This document shows, in pieces, positions 51,569-61,560 of a stretch of DNA of 64,000 bases (positions are counted from its first letter, which is position 1; the number at the start of each line of letters is the position of its first letter). Below the pieces are notes generated by a model. The model searched no databases, was not told where the DNA came from, and saw only the letters and a list, made by a program, of their open reading frames with translations. The translations under genes were made by a program, and so were the position numbers. Origin of the DNA: Acholeplasmatales bacterium (GTDB lineage: Bacteria > Bacillota_I > Bacilli_A > Acholeplasmatales > Anaeroplasmataceae); the NCBI GenBank assembly GCA_017542485.1, contig JAFXXC010000001.1, positions 20,285 through 84,284 of the forward strand, written 5' to 3'.

Positions 51569-52090
51569 TTAGTCAATATATTTTTTCATACTACGTATGA
51601 CATCAATTCTTTTCCTATAAAGTGTACTATATGCTATACCGGTATCTAAAGAAAGCTTTCTTATACTAACATTACCGATAATACATTTTTCAAAAATCAA
51701 TTTTGACAAAGGATCATCATTTAAAAAATATCTAAAAATATGTACATAATCAATACATAATTCATTAGCCTTTTTATTTAAAGCCTCATTAAAAGAAATA
51801 AAACCTTTATAATAATCCCCAGAAAACTCTTTTTTTAATTTCCTATTAAAACAAATATTAAAATAAGAATAAAATGATATTTCATAATATGAATCATATG
51901 TTCTTATACATTCAAATAAAATCATTCTACCTTCTTGTATTAAATCATATTTCTTATCGCCATAAGGGCATGCTTTTTTACTTATTTTTTTTATAAGAAT
52001 GTCATATTTATTATATAATACCAGAAAAGCTTCTTTTGAACCTTCTCTTAACAAATATAATAATTCGTTATCATTATAATTTAAATACAT
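51569..52090 (-). CDS. sigH: Alternative sigma-70 factor, SigH/ComX-like
   Basis: ND.EL....REG..EAF..LY..Y, DLIQEG, C-terminal HTH; syntenic rlmB-X-rpmG-secE-nusG. Confidence 0.65.
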   Translation of the reverse strand: MYLNYNDNELLYLLREGSKEAFLVLYNKYDILIKKISKKACPYGDKKYDLIQEGRMILFECIRTYDSYYEISFYSYFNICFNRKLKKEFSGDYYKGFISFNEALNKKANELCIDYVHIFRYFLNDDPLSKLIFEKCIIGNVSIRKLSLDTGIAYSTLYRKRIDVIRSMKKYID

Positions 52091-52803
52091 TAATTATCAT
52101 TAGCCATAAGATCATGTAAAACTATACCAGATGAAACTGAAGCATTTAAGCTATTAACATGTCCCTTCATAGGAATCTTAATTAAAAAATCACTAGCATT
52201 AACCAATGTCTTAGACATACCAAATCCCTCAGAACCAATAATAACTGCCAAATTTAAAGATTTATCAATATCCTTTGATAACACAGTTCCTTTAGCATCT
52301 GTACCACAAATCCAATAACCTTGTTTTTTCAATTTTTCAACAATATTATTTAAACTATTAACATACATAATTTTAGTATATTCAATCGCACCTGTTGAAA
52401 CATGGGCAACAGTCTCATTAACGCTAACACTTCTGTTTTTAGGTAGGATAACTAAATCATAACCAAAAGCATCAACACTTCTTAAAATAGCCCCAAAATT
52501 ATGTGGATCTTGGATACCATCAAGAATTAATACTCTACCTCTTTCTTTAGGTAAATTATCTAAATATGATTCATCTAAAATCATATAATTTTCTCTATGT
52601 GCACCATATCCTTGATTTTGATAAGGAAATTCAATATCTAATTTTTTCTTTGGTAATATAACATACTTATATACTCTTTTCTTTAGAATATCTAGTATAT
52701 TCTTATCACTCTTTACTACGTCCTCACTTAAATAAACAACACTAATATCACTATTTGCCATAATTGCAGCGTAAACGCAGTTTTTTCCGTATATTTTTAT
52801 CAT
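52090..52803 (-). CDS. rlmB: 23S rRNA Gm2251 methyltransferase
   Basis: DPHNFGAILRS, IGSEGFG, IPMKGHVNSLNAS. Confidence 0.92.
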   Translation of the reverse strand: MIKIYGKNCVYAAIMANSDISVVYLSEDVVKSDKNILDILKKRVYKYVILPKKKLDIEFPYQNQGYGAHRENYMILDESYLDNLPKERGRVLILDGIQDPHNFGAILRSVDAFGYDLVILPKNRSVSVNETVAHVSTGAIEYTKIMYVNSLNNIVEKLKKQGYWICGTDAKGTVLSKDIDKSLNLAVIIGSEGFGMSKTLVNASDFLIKIPMKGHVNSLNASVSSGIVLHDLMANDN

Positions 52804-52878
52804 AATAATTACTCCAAGCTTAAAATGATTATACCACATTAATAAACATTTAAAAGATTTAAAATTTTTCTCAAAAAA

Positions 52879-53361
52879 TTATCTATTATCAACTTTCTCT
52901 AGATACATATCATGTAATTCTAATCTCTTATTTGCCATCTCTTCAAATTTAGTATTTTTCATACCATAATTACAATATGGATCAATAGATAAACCGCCTC
53001 TTGGTAAAAACTTACCCCATACCTCAATATATCTTGGATTTAATAACTTAATTAAATCCTTCATAATAATATTCACACAATCCTCATGAAAATCTCCATG
53101 ATTTCTAAATGAAAATAAATATAACTTTAATGACTTAGATTCCACACAATATTTATCGGGAATATATGAAATATAAATTGTAGCGAAATCAGGTTGTCCT
53201 GTTATTGGACAAAGCGATGTAAATTCAGGACAATTAAATTTTATAAAATAATCATTTTCTACATGCTTATTATTAAATTTTTCTAACAAACTAGGATTAT
53301 AATCATAATCATAATTAGTTTTTTTACCTAAACTCTTTAATCCTTCATTTTCTCTATCCAT
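52879..53361 (-). CDS. queF: preQ0 reductase (type I)
   Basis: [33 protein letters not shown]. Confidence 0.97.
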   Translation of the reverse strand: MDRENEGLKSLGKKTNYDYDYNPSLLEKFNNKHVENDYFIKFNCPEFTSLCPITGQPDFATIYISYIPDKYCVESKSLKLYLFSFRNHGDFHEDCVNIIMKDLIKLLNPRYIEVWGKFLPRGGLSIDPYCNYGMKNTKFEEMANKRLELHDMYLEKVDNR

Positions 53362-54047
53362 TATTCCACCTCATATTCAATAGGATCTTTAACCCCATTA
53401 GCCTTAAATGCCTTTAATCTATCAATACATGTTCCACACTTACCACATGCCTTTTCATTTCCTTCATAACATGACCATGTTAATTCATATGGAACACTAT
53501 GTTCTAACCCATATTTAACAATATCAGCCTTATGCATATTAACAAATGGTCCTTCTACCCTAACCTTATTACCACTACCTAAATAAATAGCCCTATTTAT
53601 AGCCTCAGTAAATTCTTTTGAACAATCAGGATAAGCCTCCTTAACATCATCAGAATGAGCGCCATAATAAATAATATCGCATCCCTTTGACAAGGCAATT
53701 GAGGCAGCACTTGATAAAAATAGGCCATTCCTAAAAGGAACATATGTTGATAATGTATCACCATCTAGTTCCTCTAATTGTTTGCTATAATCTCCTAAAG
53801 GAATATCTTTATTATTCTTTTTTAATAATGAACAATCAGAATATTCAAATATCTTAGCTAAATCTAGATATATATGCTCAACACCATAATATTTAGCAAC
53901 CTTATTAGAAGCTTCTATCTCCTTATTATGCTTTTGACCATAAGAAACTGATAAAGCAACTACATTATCAACACCATATTTATCTATAGCCATAGCTAAA
54001 GCAGTAGTTGAATCTAATCCACCAGAAAACAAAACCAATGCTTTCAT
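53361..54047 (-). CDS. queC: 7-cyano-7-deazaguanine synthase
   Basis: SGGLDS, YVPFRN, YPDC, TWSCY..CGKCGTC. Confidence 0.97.
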   Translation of the reverse strand: MKALVLFSGGLDSTTALAMAIDKYGVDNVVALSVSYGQKHNKEIEASNKVAKYYGVEHIYLDLAKIFEYSDCSLLKKNNKDIPLGDYSKQLEELDGDTLSTYVPFRNGLFLSSAASIALSKGCDIIYYGAHSDDVKEAYPDCSKEFTEAINRAIYLGSGNKVRVEGPFVNMHKADIVKYGLEHSVPYELTWSCYEGNEKACGKCGTCIDRLKAFKANGVKDPIEYEVE

Positions 54048-54109
54048 ACAATCACGTATAATCAATTTAGATAGGTTTGATATCTTAATTGATTACTTTT
54101 CCTTTCTAT

Positions 54110-54178
54110 CTAATTTAATAGATTATCATAATTAGTATTATATAGAAATCCTAATTTACATTTCTCTTTTTCAGTCAT
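54110..54178 (-). pseudogene. 5' remnant of a sugar (maltose/galactoside) O-acetyltransferase gene
   Basis: ATG overlaps the folE stop (TAATG); reads [22 protein letters not shown], resembling the Mac-domain N-terminus MTEKEK...G.LY.aNyD. Confidence 0.55.
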
Positions 54179-54726
54179 TACCTAAACACCTCAACATCAA
54201 TATCACCTATTTTTGATACTGTTGTTGTCTTACTTCTTTTCTTTACTCCTCTTGCTGTAACACAGCTATGACATCCTTCAACTCTAACAATAATATCATT
54301 AGCTTTTGTTATTTCTTTAACAATATATAAAATATCACTAGTAATACGTTCTTGAAGCTGTAATCTCTTTGATACCATATCAGCTATTCTAGCAAGCTTA
54401 GATAAACCAATTACTTTTCCATTAGGAATATATGCAATATCTACAGTCATATCATACATTAATGCTAAATGGTGTTCACAATGTGAAAAAATATCAATAC
54501 CCTTCATAATAACAACATTCTTAGAATCAGTAACATAATCTCTTTCAAATGTCTTATTTAAGAGATCAACCAATTCATCATTAGTATAATTCATACCTTC
54601 AAATTGTTCTAAATACATCTCAGCTGCTCTTTTAGGTGTGTCAATTAATCCCTCTCTATTTGGATCATCACCCAAAGCTATTAAAATTTCTTTAAATGCA
54701 TTTTCTAATCTTTCCTTATCAATCAT
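54178..54726 (-). CDS. folE: GTP cyclohydrolase I
   Basis: [38 protein letters not shown]. Confidence 0.96.
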   Translation of the reverse strand: MIDKERLENAFKEILIALGDDPNREGLIDTPKRAAEMYLEQFEGMNYTNDELVDLLNKTFERDYVTDSKNVVIMKGIDIFSHCEHHLALMYDMTVDIAYIPNGKVIGLSKLARIADMVSKRLQLQERITSDILYIVKEITKANDIIVRVEGCHSCVTARGVKKRSKTTTVSKIGDIDVEVFR

Positions 54727-54727
54727 A

Positions 54728-55378
54728 CTATACACCCCTTCTATTAGGATCCCAAATAACCTTATGAATTTGAAGTGAAAATCTAACTCCATTAAGATTA
54801 TTCTTTATCATAAAATCTACAATATCCTCTAATTTAATCATATTAAATACTGGACTAATAATACAATTAGTCTTATTAATCAAATCATATTTATTAATTA
54901 TAACTAACATTCTTTCTAAATCATCATGACTTCCACATACAAACTTTACTGAATCCTTCTTACTAATAAATCTATAATTATCAGTAATCATTTGACTCTC
55001 CATTAATGATATAGGCAACTTATAATCTAAAGTAAAACTTACATTAGCTATATCTTTAAATTTCTCAATATTAATAGCTCCATTAGTCTCTATTTCAATA
55101 TTAAAACCATTCTTTGATAACTCAATCATTAATTTATCAATATCATCTTGTAATAATGGTTCACCACCAGTTAAAGTAATATTTTTAACTTTACTATCTA
55201 AACAATACTTAACTATATCGTCAATAGATTCATCAGTATATTCTGGATTTTCAAATGAATATCTAGTATCACAATATGAACATCTTAAATTACATCCTTT
55301 AAATCTAATAAATACTGCGAGTTCTCCTTGTTTTAAACCTTCGCCATTTATTGACACAAATTTCTCAATTACTTGCAT
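54728..55378 (-). CDS. queE: 7-carboxy-7-deazaguanine synthase (radical SAM)
   Basis: [30 protein letters not shown]. Confidence 0.96.
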   Translation of the reverse strand: MQVIEKFVSINGEGLKQGELAVFIRFKGCNLRCSYCDTRYSFENPEYTDESIDDIVKYCLDSKVKNITLTGGEPLLQDDIDKLMIELSKNGFNIEIETNGAINIEKFKDIANVSFTLDYKLPISLMESQMITDNYRFISKKDSVKFVCGSHDDLERMLVIINKYDLINKTNCIISPVFNMIKLEDIVDFMIKNNLNGVRFSLQIHKVIWDPNRRGV

Positions 55379-55767
55379 ACATACCTCGCACAATTATTAG
55401 GAGTTTCATATACACATACTTCCAACACCTTATATTTTTTACTTAATTCATCATAAAAATATTTACTAAAGTTTTCAGCAGTAGTCCTAAATGGCACAAC
55501 CCTTAATACAAAATCTTCATTTAACAAATCAAATACTTCTTTTCTTAAAGAATCCTTTTCAACAATAAAAGTATGATCAAAATAATCACATAATTCCTTT
55601 AAATCTTTTTTAATTATATTAAAATCAACAACCATACCATTAATAGGATCACCACATATAGATAACACTACTCTCCATCTATGGCCATGAATATTCTTGC
55701 ATTTTCCCTCATAATTTGTTAAAAAGTGTGCCGCATCAAATGATGCCTCTGTATCTAAAACGTACAT
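55369..55767 (-). CDS. queD: 6-carboxytetrahydropterin synthase
   Basis: FDAAH, CKNIHGH, DH, TAEN, ETP. Confidence 0.95.
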   Translation of the reverse strand: MYVLDTEASFDAAHFLTNYEGKCKNIHGHRWRVVLSICGDPINGMVVDFNIIKKDLKELCDYFDHTFIVEKDSLRKEVFDLLNEDFVLRVVPFRTTAENFSKYFYDELSKKYKVLEVCVYETPNNCARYVCK

Positions 55768-55785
55768 AAAATCCTCCAAGAAAAT

Positions 55786-55811
55786 AAAAAGATGGACAAA
55801 ATTAGTCCATC
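55786..55811 (-). terminator. Riboswitch expression-platform terminator
   Basis: GATGGAC-TAATTTT-GTCCATC-TTTTT on the minus strand before the queD RBS. Confidence 0.8.
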
Positions 55812-55835
55812 ATGAAAAAACGAATTCAATAATGT

Positions 55836-55878
55836 CCTAGTTTTGTTTATAGACAGGATGGTACTAACGAACTGTCTT
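55836..55878 (-). ncRNA. preQ1-I riboswitch aptamer
   Basis: AGACAG-TTCGTTAGTACCATC-CTGTCT stem-loop with A-rich tail ATAAACAAAACTAGG, upstream of the que operon. Confidence 0.88.
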
Positions 55879-55933
55879 ATTTATTTGCCACATTATATTA
55901 TCACAATTTTATTAATAATTCAACAATTATTAA

Positions 55934-57280
55934 CTATACTTCTTTTATCGCAATATTTCTAACCCATTTCTTTTGTTTATATCTAATAAAACCAATAACT
56001 ACTTTCACTAATTGTTCCATTTGTGATAACACAAATACATATAAAACATCTAATTCAAACACAAACGCTCCAATAGCTCCAGATAATACTCCAACTACCC
56101 ATAAAGAAGATAATTCCATTATCATACAAAATAACGTATCTCCTCCACTACGTAATATTCCAACAATCATAATTAAATTAAATGTAACAGCAGGCATCAT
56201 AATAGCATATGCAATACATACTCTTCTAATATTATATCTAACAATATCAGTCGCTTTATATAACAATAAATATGGATTTATTAATAACACTAATACAACA
56301 CCTAATACCATTGACATAATTACACCTGTAATTAATAATTTCTTAGCTGTCTTTTGTGCTTCGTCTAAGTCATTCGCACCAAGTTGATTTCCAACAATTA
56401 CTGCACAAGCTGTAGAAATACCAAATAATAATGCATAAACCAAATCCTCTAATGCAGTAGCTATTGTCATAGATGCCACAACATCATCACTCATATGACC
56501 ATATATGACTGAATACATTGTTGTTCCTAATCCCCAACCCAATTCATTAATAATAACTGGTAAGGCAAACTTTAAATTCTTAACAACGGTTTCTTTATCA
56601 ATATGAATCATTTCATTAACACTTAATTTAACATCTCTTTTAGCAAATATTAAATATAGTAAAATACAACTAAACTCAACAATTCTTGAAATAATAGTTG
56701 CTATAGCAGCACCCTCTGCTTTTAATTCAGGCAAACCCATCTTACCAAATATTAATATATAATTGAATATTACATTTACAAAAACAGTAATTAAAGTAAA
56801 AAACATAGGCGCTCTAGTTTTATTTATACTTCTTAACATCGCAGAAGTTGTAAAAGAAAATGCTGTAAAAACGTAACTAATAGATACTATCCTTAAATAG
56901 GGAGTACCTAATTCAATTAAAGTATCACTTTCCGTAAATATCCTCATTAAATTACTTGGTATAGTAAAAGCTAATATAAAAAACAATAAACCACCACTTA
57001 AAGATAACATAGTCATAAAACCAAAAGTTTTATTTAAATTCTTATCATCTTTTTTTCCATAATATTGGCTCAATAAAACTGAACATCCAGAGGCAATACC
57101 AAAAATTAATAAGTTTAAAACAAAAAATACCTTATTAGCAAGTCCAACAGCTGAAACATAATCATCACCTAAAGATCCAATCATAAATGTATCAACCATA
57201 TTAACAGCTGTATTTATTAAATTTTGAATAGAAACAGGAAGACCAATAATTAATACCTTCTTCCAAAAATTCTTATCCAT
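55934..57280 (-). CDS. MATE family efflux transporter
   Basis: NMVDTFMIGSLG, NYILIFGKMGLP.L..EGAAIAT; ~12 TM. Confidence 0.92.
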   Translation of the reverse strand: MDKNFWKKVLIIGLPVSIQNLINTAVNMVDTFMIGSLGDDYVSAVGLANKVFFVLNLLIFGIASGCSVLLSQYYGKKDDKNLNKTFGFMTMLSLSGGLLFFILAFTIPSNLMRIFTESDTLIELGTPYLRIVSISYVFTAFSFTTSAMLRSINKTRAPMFFTLITVFVNVIFNYILIFGKMGLPELKAEGAAIATIISRIVEFSCILLYLIFAKRDVKLSVNEMIHIDKETVVKNLKFALPVIINELGWGLGTTMYSVIYGHMSDDVVASMTIATALEDLVYALLFGISTACAVIVGNQLGANDLDEAQKTAKKLLITGVIMSMVLGVVLVLLINPYLLLYKATDIVRYNIRRVCIAYAIMMPAVTFNLIMIVGILRSGGDTLFCMIMELSSLWVVGVLSGAIGAFVFELDVLYVFVLSQMEQLVKVVIGFIRYKQKKWVRNIAIKEV

Positions 57281-57379
57281 AAAATCACCTACTACGTTTT
57301 TATATTTATATAAGAAAGTCAGCAAAAAGTCAAATCAAATAATAAAAAAGGAGTTTCTTTACGAAACCCCTAGAGTTAA

Positions 57380-57397
57380 TTAATTAAATAGTGGTGT
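57380..57397. repeat. att-like direct repeat copy 1 (displaced cysK 3' end)
   Basis: TTAATTAAATAGTGGTGT, identical to 58783-58800. Confidence 0.85.
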
Positions 57398-57537
57398 GGT
57401 GTAGTGTAGTATAGCTGGTGCACCTCCACCGATTTTATTCAATCTATTATATTAATTAATAGACACATATATTTGGGAGCACGTGTAAATAAACACGACT
57501 ATTCGTGTAATTCTAAGCACCTCCACTCACTTGCTCT

Positions 57538-57978
57538 CTAAATATTTATATAGTATTTGTAAAAATGGTTATCTTCATCGAACAATACAAATCCCGTCTT
57601 GTTGAAAATGTGCTGACTTCTTTTGTTAGTTTTTAAGATGCTAGCAGCAATTCTAGTTAACTTAAGTTCGTATTTAGCATATTCTAATGCTTTCTTAAGA
57701 GCTAATGTCCCAATACCCTTATTTTTATATTCATCATTCTTCAAGATTATTCCTATTTCAGAGCAAGAATTCTCAACACCTTTAAATCTGATTTCTCCAA
57801 TTACATCTTCATTATATTTAATGGATAAAAGTATGTAGCCTTTATTCGTTTGATTTAATACATAATTATCAACTTCATCAAAACTATATTTATACTCTTT
57901 ATAATCCTCTTCTCTTTCGAACAAAGACTTATCATTTTTAAAAACAATAAATAGCTTATGGGCATCCTCTTTAGTCAT
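57538..57978 (-). CDS. GNAT acetyltransferase (RimJ/RimL-like); N-terminus probably frameshifted
   Basis: YKNKGIGT, NKRSQHIFNKTGF; upstream ATG 58009 is out of frame by one base in an A8 run. Confidence 0.75.
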   Translation of the reverse strand: MTKEDAHKLFIVFKNDKSLFEREEDYKEYKYSFDEVDNYVLNQTNKGYILLSIKYNEDVIGEIRFKGVENSCSEIGIILKNDEYKNKGIGTLALKKALEYAKYELKLTRIAASILKTNKRSQHIFNKTGFVLFDEDNHFYKYYINI

Positions 57979-58010
57979 AGAAGTTAATGATATGTTTTTT
58001 TTCTAACATT

Positions 58011-58424
58011 TTAAAAATCTAATCTTTCTAATAATTCAGATGGTTTAACAGCAATTATTTTACTACCTGCAAAATCCTTGATGTTTCTTGTAACAATAAA
58101 ACTAGCTTTTAGTTTTTGAGCAGTAACCATTTGTAAAGCATCTTCGTAATCTTTCGTTTTTTTCTCTGCCGCTTGCATAATTATCTCGGATTTCAAATCA
58201 TAAATCTTAAAAACCAAGTTAATATTATTAATAACTTCTAAAGTTTTTTCAGGATCTAATTCTCTTCTTAAAATGTATACAATATTAGGAATCGAAAGTG
58301 CAGAAATATATCCATCTAACTTCCTTGTTTCACAAAGTTTCCATATTTTCAAAGAATCTTCATAAAATCCCTCTCTTTTGTATAAAACATCTAAAATAAC
58401 ATTAGTATCAATCAAGACCTTCAT
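58011..58424 (-). CDS. PIN-domain (VapC-like) toxin
   Basis: MKVLIDTNVILD, DYEDALQ, IVTRNIKDF. Confidence 0.9.
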   Translation of the reverse strand: MKVLIDTNVILDVLYKREGFYEDSLKIWKLCETRKLDGYISALSIPNIVYILRRELDPEKTLEVINNINLVFKIYDLKSEIIMQAAEKKTKDYEDALQMVTAQKLKASFIVTRNIKDFAGSKIIAVKPSELLERLDF

Positions 58425-58641
58425 GCTTTAATACCCTTTCTTTTGTGATATCTTTTTCTGAAATATCATTTTTAAGAATTCCCAATAAAGAATCTGACAA
58501 ATATGATACAGTCTTGTCTTTAGATATTAATCTTGCAACTTCTTTACCATTTTTTATAATTATAATCTCATTACCATCGATAACAGCTTGCAAGTATTTC
58601 CCAAAATTATTTTGTAGTTCCGTTGTTTTTACTATTTGCAT
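58408..58641 (-). CDS. Phd/YefM-family antitoxin
   Basis: TELQNNFGKYL...EIIIIKNGKEVARL; overlaps the toxin start. Confidence 0.9.
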   Translation of the reverse strand: MQIVKTTELQNNFGKYLQAVIDGNEIIIIKNGKEVARLISKDKTVSYLSDSLLGILKNDISEKDITKERVLKHEGLD

Positions 58642-58657
58642 AGTTCATCATCCTTTC

Positions 58658-58734
58658 TAGCTATTTTTATTATATGTCATTTTAGACATTTTGTCAATAA
58701 AATAGCTATTTTTACCGTATGTTATTTTAGACAT
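58658..58734 (-). promoter_or_regulatory. TA promoter with duplicated operator
   Basis: TTGACA (58697-58692)-17 nt-TATAAT (58674-58669); two 32-bp direct repeats, each containing ATGTY-ATTTTA-GACAT. Confidence 0.7.
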
Positions 58735-58782
58735 AATCACTTTAAAAGAAAAAGGAGTTCATCATGAACTCCTTGGAGGTGC

Positions 58783-59712
58783 TTAATTAAATAGTGGTGT
58801 TGATAAATATCTATCACCATTATCTGGTAATAATACAACTATTCTCTTACCTTGATTTTCAGGTCTTTGTGCTAATAATTTAGCAGCATATAATGCGGCA
58901 CCTGATGAAATACCGATAAATACACCATCGCTTTTTACAAGTTCAGCACCAGTTTTGAATGCTTCTTCATTTGGTACAGCAATTATTTCATCATAAATAG
59001 ATGTATTTAATGTGTCAGGTACAAATCCTGCACCAATTCCTTGAATTTTGTGTGCACCAGCAACGCCCTTTGATAATACAGGTGATGTTTCAGGCTCTAC
59101 TGCAACAATTTTAATATTAGGATTCTTGCTCTTTAAGAATTCACCAACACCTGTAATAGTACCACCAGTACCTACACCAGCAACAAAGATATCAACATTA
59201 CCATCTGTATCTTCCCAAATTTCAGGTCCTGTATTTTCTCTATGTGCCTTAGGATTTGCAGGATTTACAAATTGACCTGCAATAACAGAACCAGGAATTT
59301 CATTATTTAACTCCTCTGCTTTAGCTATGGCTCCCTTCATACCCTTGCTTCCTTCAGTTAAAACTAACTCAGCACCATAAGCTTTAATTAGATTTCTTCT
59401 TTCGACTGACATTGTCTCAGGAAGAGTAATGATTAATCTATATCCACGAGATGCAGCTATAGCAGCAAGTCCAATACCAGTATTACCTGAAGTTGGTTCA
59501 ATAATTGTTGCACCTGGCTTTAAAATTCCTCTTGCTTCATAATCTTCTATAATTGATTTAGCTACTCTATCTTTAACAGATCCGGCCGGATTAAATCCTT
59601 CAACTTTAGCAATTATTGTTGCTTTCAAATTATTGTTCTTATTAAAATTTACTAATTCTACTAGTGGTGTATGACCTACTAGTTCTACTACTGATTTGTA
59701 TATTTTACCCAT
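58783..59712 (-). CDS. cysK: Cysteine synthase A
   Basis: NPAGSVKDR, EPTSGNTG, GVGTGGT, HKIQGIGAG, RYLST. Confidence 0.97.
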   Translation of the reverse strand: MGKIYKSVVELVGHTPLVELVNFNKNNNLKATIIAKVEGFNPAGSVKDRVAKSIIEDYEARGILKPGATIIEPTSGNTGIGLAAIAASRGYRLIITLPETMSVERRNLIKAYGAELVLTEGSKGMKGAIAKAEELNNEIPGSVIAGQFVNPANPKAHRENTGPEIWEDTDGNVDIFVAGVGTGGTITGVGEFLKSKNPNIKIVAVEPETSPVLSKGVAGAHKIQGIGAGFVPDTLNTSIYDEIIAVPNEEAFKTGAELVKSDGVFIGISSGAALYAAKLLAQRPENQGKRIVVLLPDNGDRYLSTPLFN

Positions 59713-59726
59713 TTTAATTACCTCTC

Positions 59727-60161
59727 TTAAATGCTATAATCATTACCTATTTTTTCTAATTCTTTATTCTTTAAATCCTCTAATGTCACACTATCAACGT
59801 AGTTATTAACAACATCATAGAAGCCTTTCCAAAAATCTATTGTAGAACAAATATCACTTCTATTACATGTATTACAATCAGTCTGAAGACATGCAACAGG
59901 AGCTAATGTCCCTTCTGCACATCTAATAATATCACCAATAGTATAATCCTTAGGATCTTTTGATAAAAGATAACCACCATTATTACCTCTTACACTTAAT
60001 AAATATCCTCTTTTAACTAACAAAGATACAACTTGCTCTAAGTATTTAACAGATATTTCTTGTCTTTTTGACACATCTTTTAATGACACTGGCTCCCCAT
60101 TAGAATAACTAGCAATATCTATCATAACTCTTAGTGCATATCTTCCTTTTGTTGATATCAT
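59727..60161 (-). CDS. Rrf2 regulator (CymR/IscR-like, Cys-containing)
   Basis: STKGRYALR, YLEQ, SVRGNNGGY, C-x4-C-x2-C-x5-C, C-terminal DYSI. Confidence 0.9.
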   Translation of the reverse strand: MISTKGRYALRVMIDIASYSNGEPVSLKDVSKRQEISVKYLEQVVSLLVKRGYLLSVRGNNGGYLLSKDPKDYTIGDIIRCAEGTLAPVACLQTDCNTCNRSDICSTIDFWKGFYDVVNNYVDSVTLEDLKNKELEKIGNDYSI

Positions 60162-60173
60162 TATAACAACTCC

Positions 60174-60196
60174 ATTCCTAGCGACTTACTAGACTT
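60174..60196. promoter_or_regulatory. Rrf2/CymR-like operator 2
   Basis: ATTCCTAGCGACTTACTAGACTT, 16/23 identical to 61695-61717. Confidence 0.5.
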
Positions 60197-60235
60197 TATT
60201 TTACTACGTTTTAATGAATATATCAATCAAAGTGC

Positions 60236-61519
60236 TTAAATTGCTTTAAATGCTTGCTCTAAATCTTCAATAATATCATCAATGTGCTCTGTACCAATTG
60301 ATAATCTAATTGTACTACCATAAATACCAACTGCTGCTAATTCCTCTTTTGTCATTTCAGAATGTGTTGTAGAAGCTGGATGAATTACAAGTGACTTAAC
60401 GTCTGCAACATTTGCAAGTAAAGAGAATATCTTTAAATGATCAATAAATGATTGTGCTTCTTTTTCATCACCTTTAATATCAAATGTAAAAATTGAACCT
60501 CCACCATTTGGATAATATTTCTTATATAAAGCTTGTTGAGCCTTATCAGTTGAAATTGATGGATGATTTACTTTTGCAACCTTTGGATGTTTTGCTAAAT
60601 ATTGAACAACCTTTAATGCATTCTCAACATGACGTTCAACACGAAGTGACAATGTCTCTAATCCTTGTAAAGCAATAAATGCATTTACTGGAGAAATTGC
60701 TGCCCCAGTATCACGAAGTAAAATTGCTCTAATATATGTAACAAATGCAACTGGACCAACTGCATCATAGAATGATACACCATGATATGAAACGTTTGGC
60801 TCAACTAAATGCTTAAATTTACCGCTCTTCTTCCAATCAAATTTACCACCTTCAATAATTACACCGCCTAAACCAGTACCATGACCAGTAATAAACTTAG
60901 TTGCTGAATGAACTACTATATCAGCACCATACTCAAGTGGTCTAACTAAATAAGGTGTAGCGAATGTTGAATCAACAACAAGTGGAATGTTATGCTTATG
61001 TGCTACTTTAGCAATTGATTCAATATCAACAACATCAGAATTTGGATTACCTAATGTTTCAATAAATACTGCCTTAGTATTTTCCTTAATTGCTTTATCA
61101 ATATCATCTACATTTGGCTTAACAAATGTAGTAGTAATACCATAATTAGGTAGTGTATGTTGTAATAAGTTAATAGAACCACCATAAATATTATTTGCAG
61201 CTACAATATGATCACCAGCAAATGCTAATGCTTGGATTGTATATGTAATAGCTGCTGCACCAGATGCTACAGCAAGTGCGCCAGTACCATTTTCAAGTGC
61301 TGCGATTCTTTCTTCAAATACACCTTGTGTTGGATTAGTTAATCTACCATAAATATTACCTGCATCTCTTAAACCAAATCTATCAGCTGCATGCTTGCTA
61401 TTATTAAACACATATGATGATGTTAAATAAATAGGAACTGCTCTAGCTCCTGTCGCAGAATCTGGATTCTCTTGACCTGCGTGTAATTGTAATGTTTCAA
61501 ATCTATATTTCTTGCTCAT
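60236..61519 (-). CDS. metY: O-acetylhomoserine/O-acetylserine sulfhydrylase
   Basis: IYGRLTNPT, ASGAAA, HSATKF, LETLSLR, HPASTTH. Confidence 0.93.
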   Translation of the reverse strand: MSKKYRFETLQLHAGQENPDSATGARAVPIYLTSSYVFNNSKHAADRFGLRDAGNIYGRLTNPTQGVFEERIAALENGTGALAVASGAAAITYTIQALAFAGDHIVAANNIYGGSINLLQHTLPNYGITTTFVKPNVDDIDKAIKENTKAVFIETLGNPNSDVVDIESIAKVAHKHNIPLVVDSTFATPYLVRPLEYGADIVVHSATKFITGHGTGLGGVIIEGGKFDWKKSGKFKHLVEPNVSYHGVSFYDAVGPVAFVTYIRAILLRDTGAAISPVNAFIALQGLETLSLRVERHVENALKVVQYLAKHPKVAKVNHPSISTDKAQQALYKKYYPNGGGSIFTFDIKGDEKEAQSFIDHLKIFSLLANVADVKSLVIHPASTTHSEMTKEELAAVGIYGSTIRLSIGTEHIDDIIEDLEQAFKAI

Positions 61520-61560
61520 TTTTTTGTTCTCCTTAATTTTCCTTTTTCTATTTTTATATA

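Larger units (their letters stand above)
57380..58800. mobile_element. Non-autonomous integrated mini-element at the cysK 3' end (TA + GNAT cargo)
   Basis: 18-bp terminal direct repeats 1403 bp apart, each followed on the minus strand by its own terminator; sub-terminal TGGAGGTGC/GCACCTCCA repeats. Confidence 0.65.

Noticed and set aside
52879-55779. que/folE cluster as a 7-deazaguanine DNA-modification (dpd) defence island
   Set aside because: No dpdA/tgt-like or other dpd genes in the window; queF plus a preQ1 riboswitch point to tRNA queuosine supply.
57415-57432. GCACCTCCACC resembling a tmRNA/tRNA 3' end
   Set aside because: No T-arm (GTTCRA) and no CCA; better explained as the element's repeat motif.
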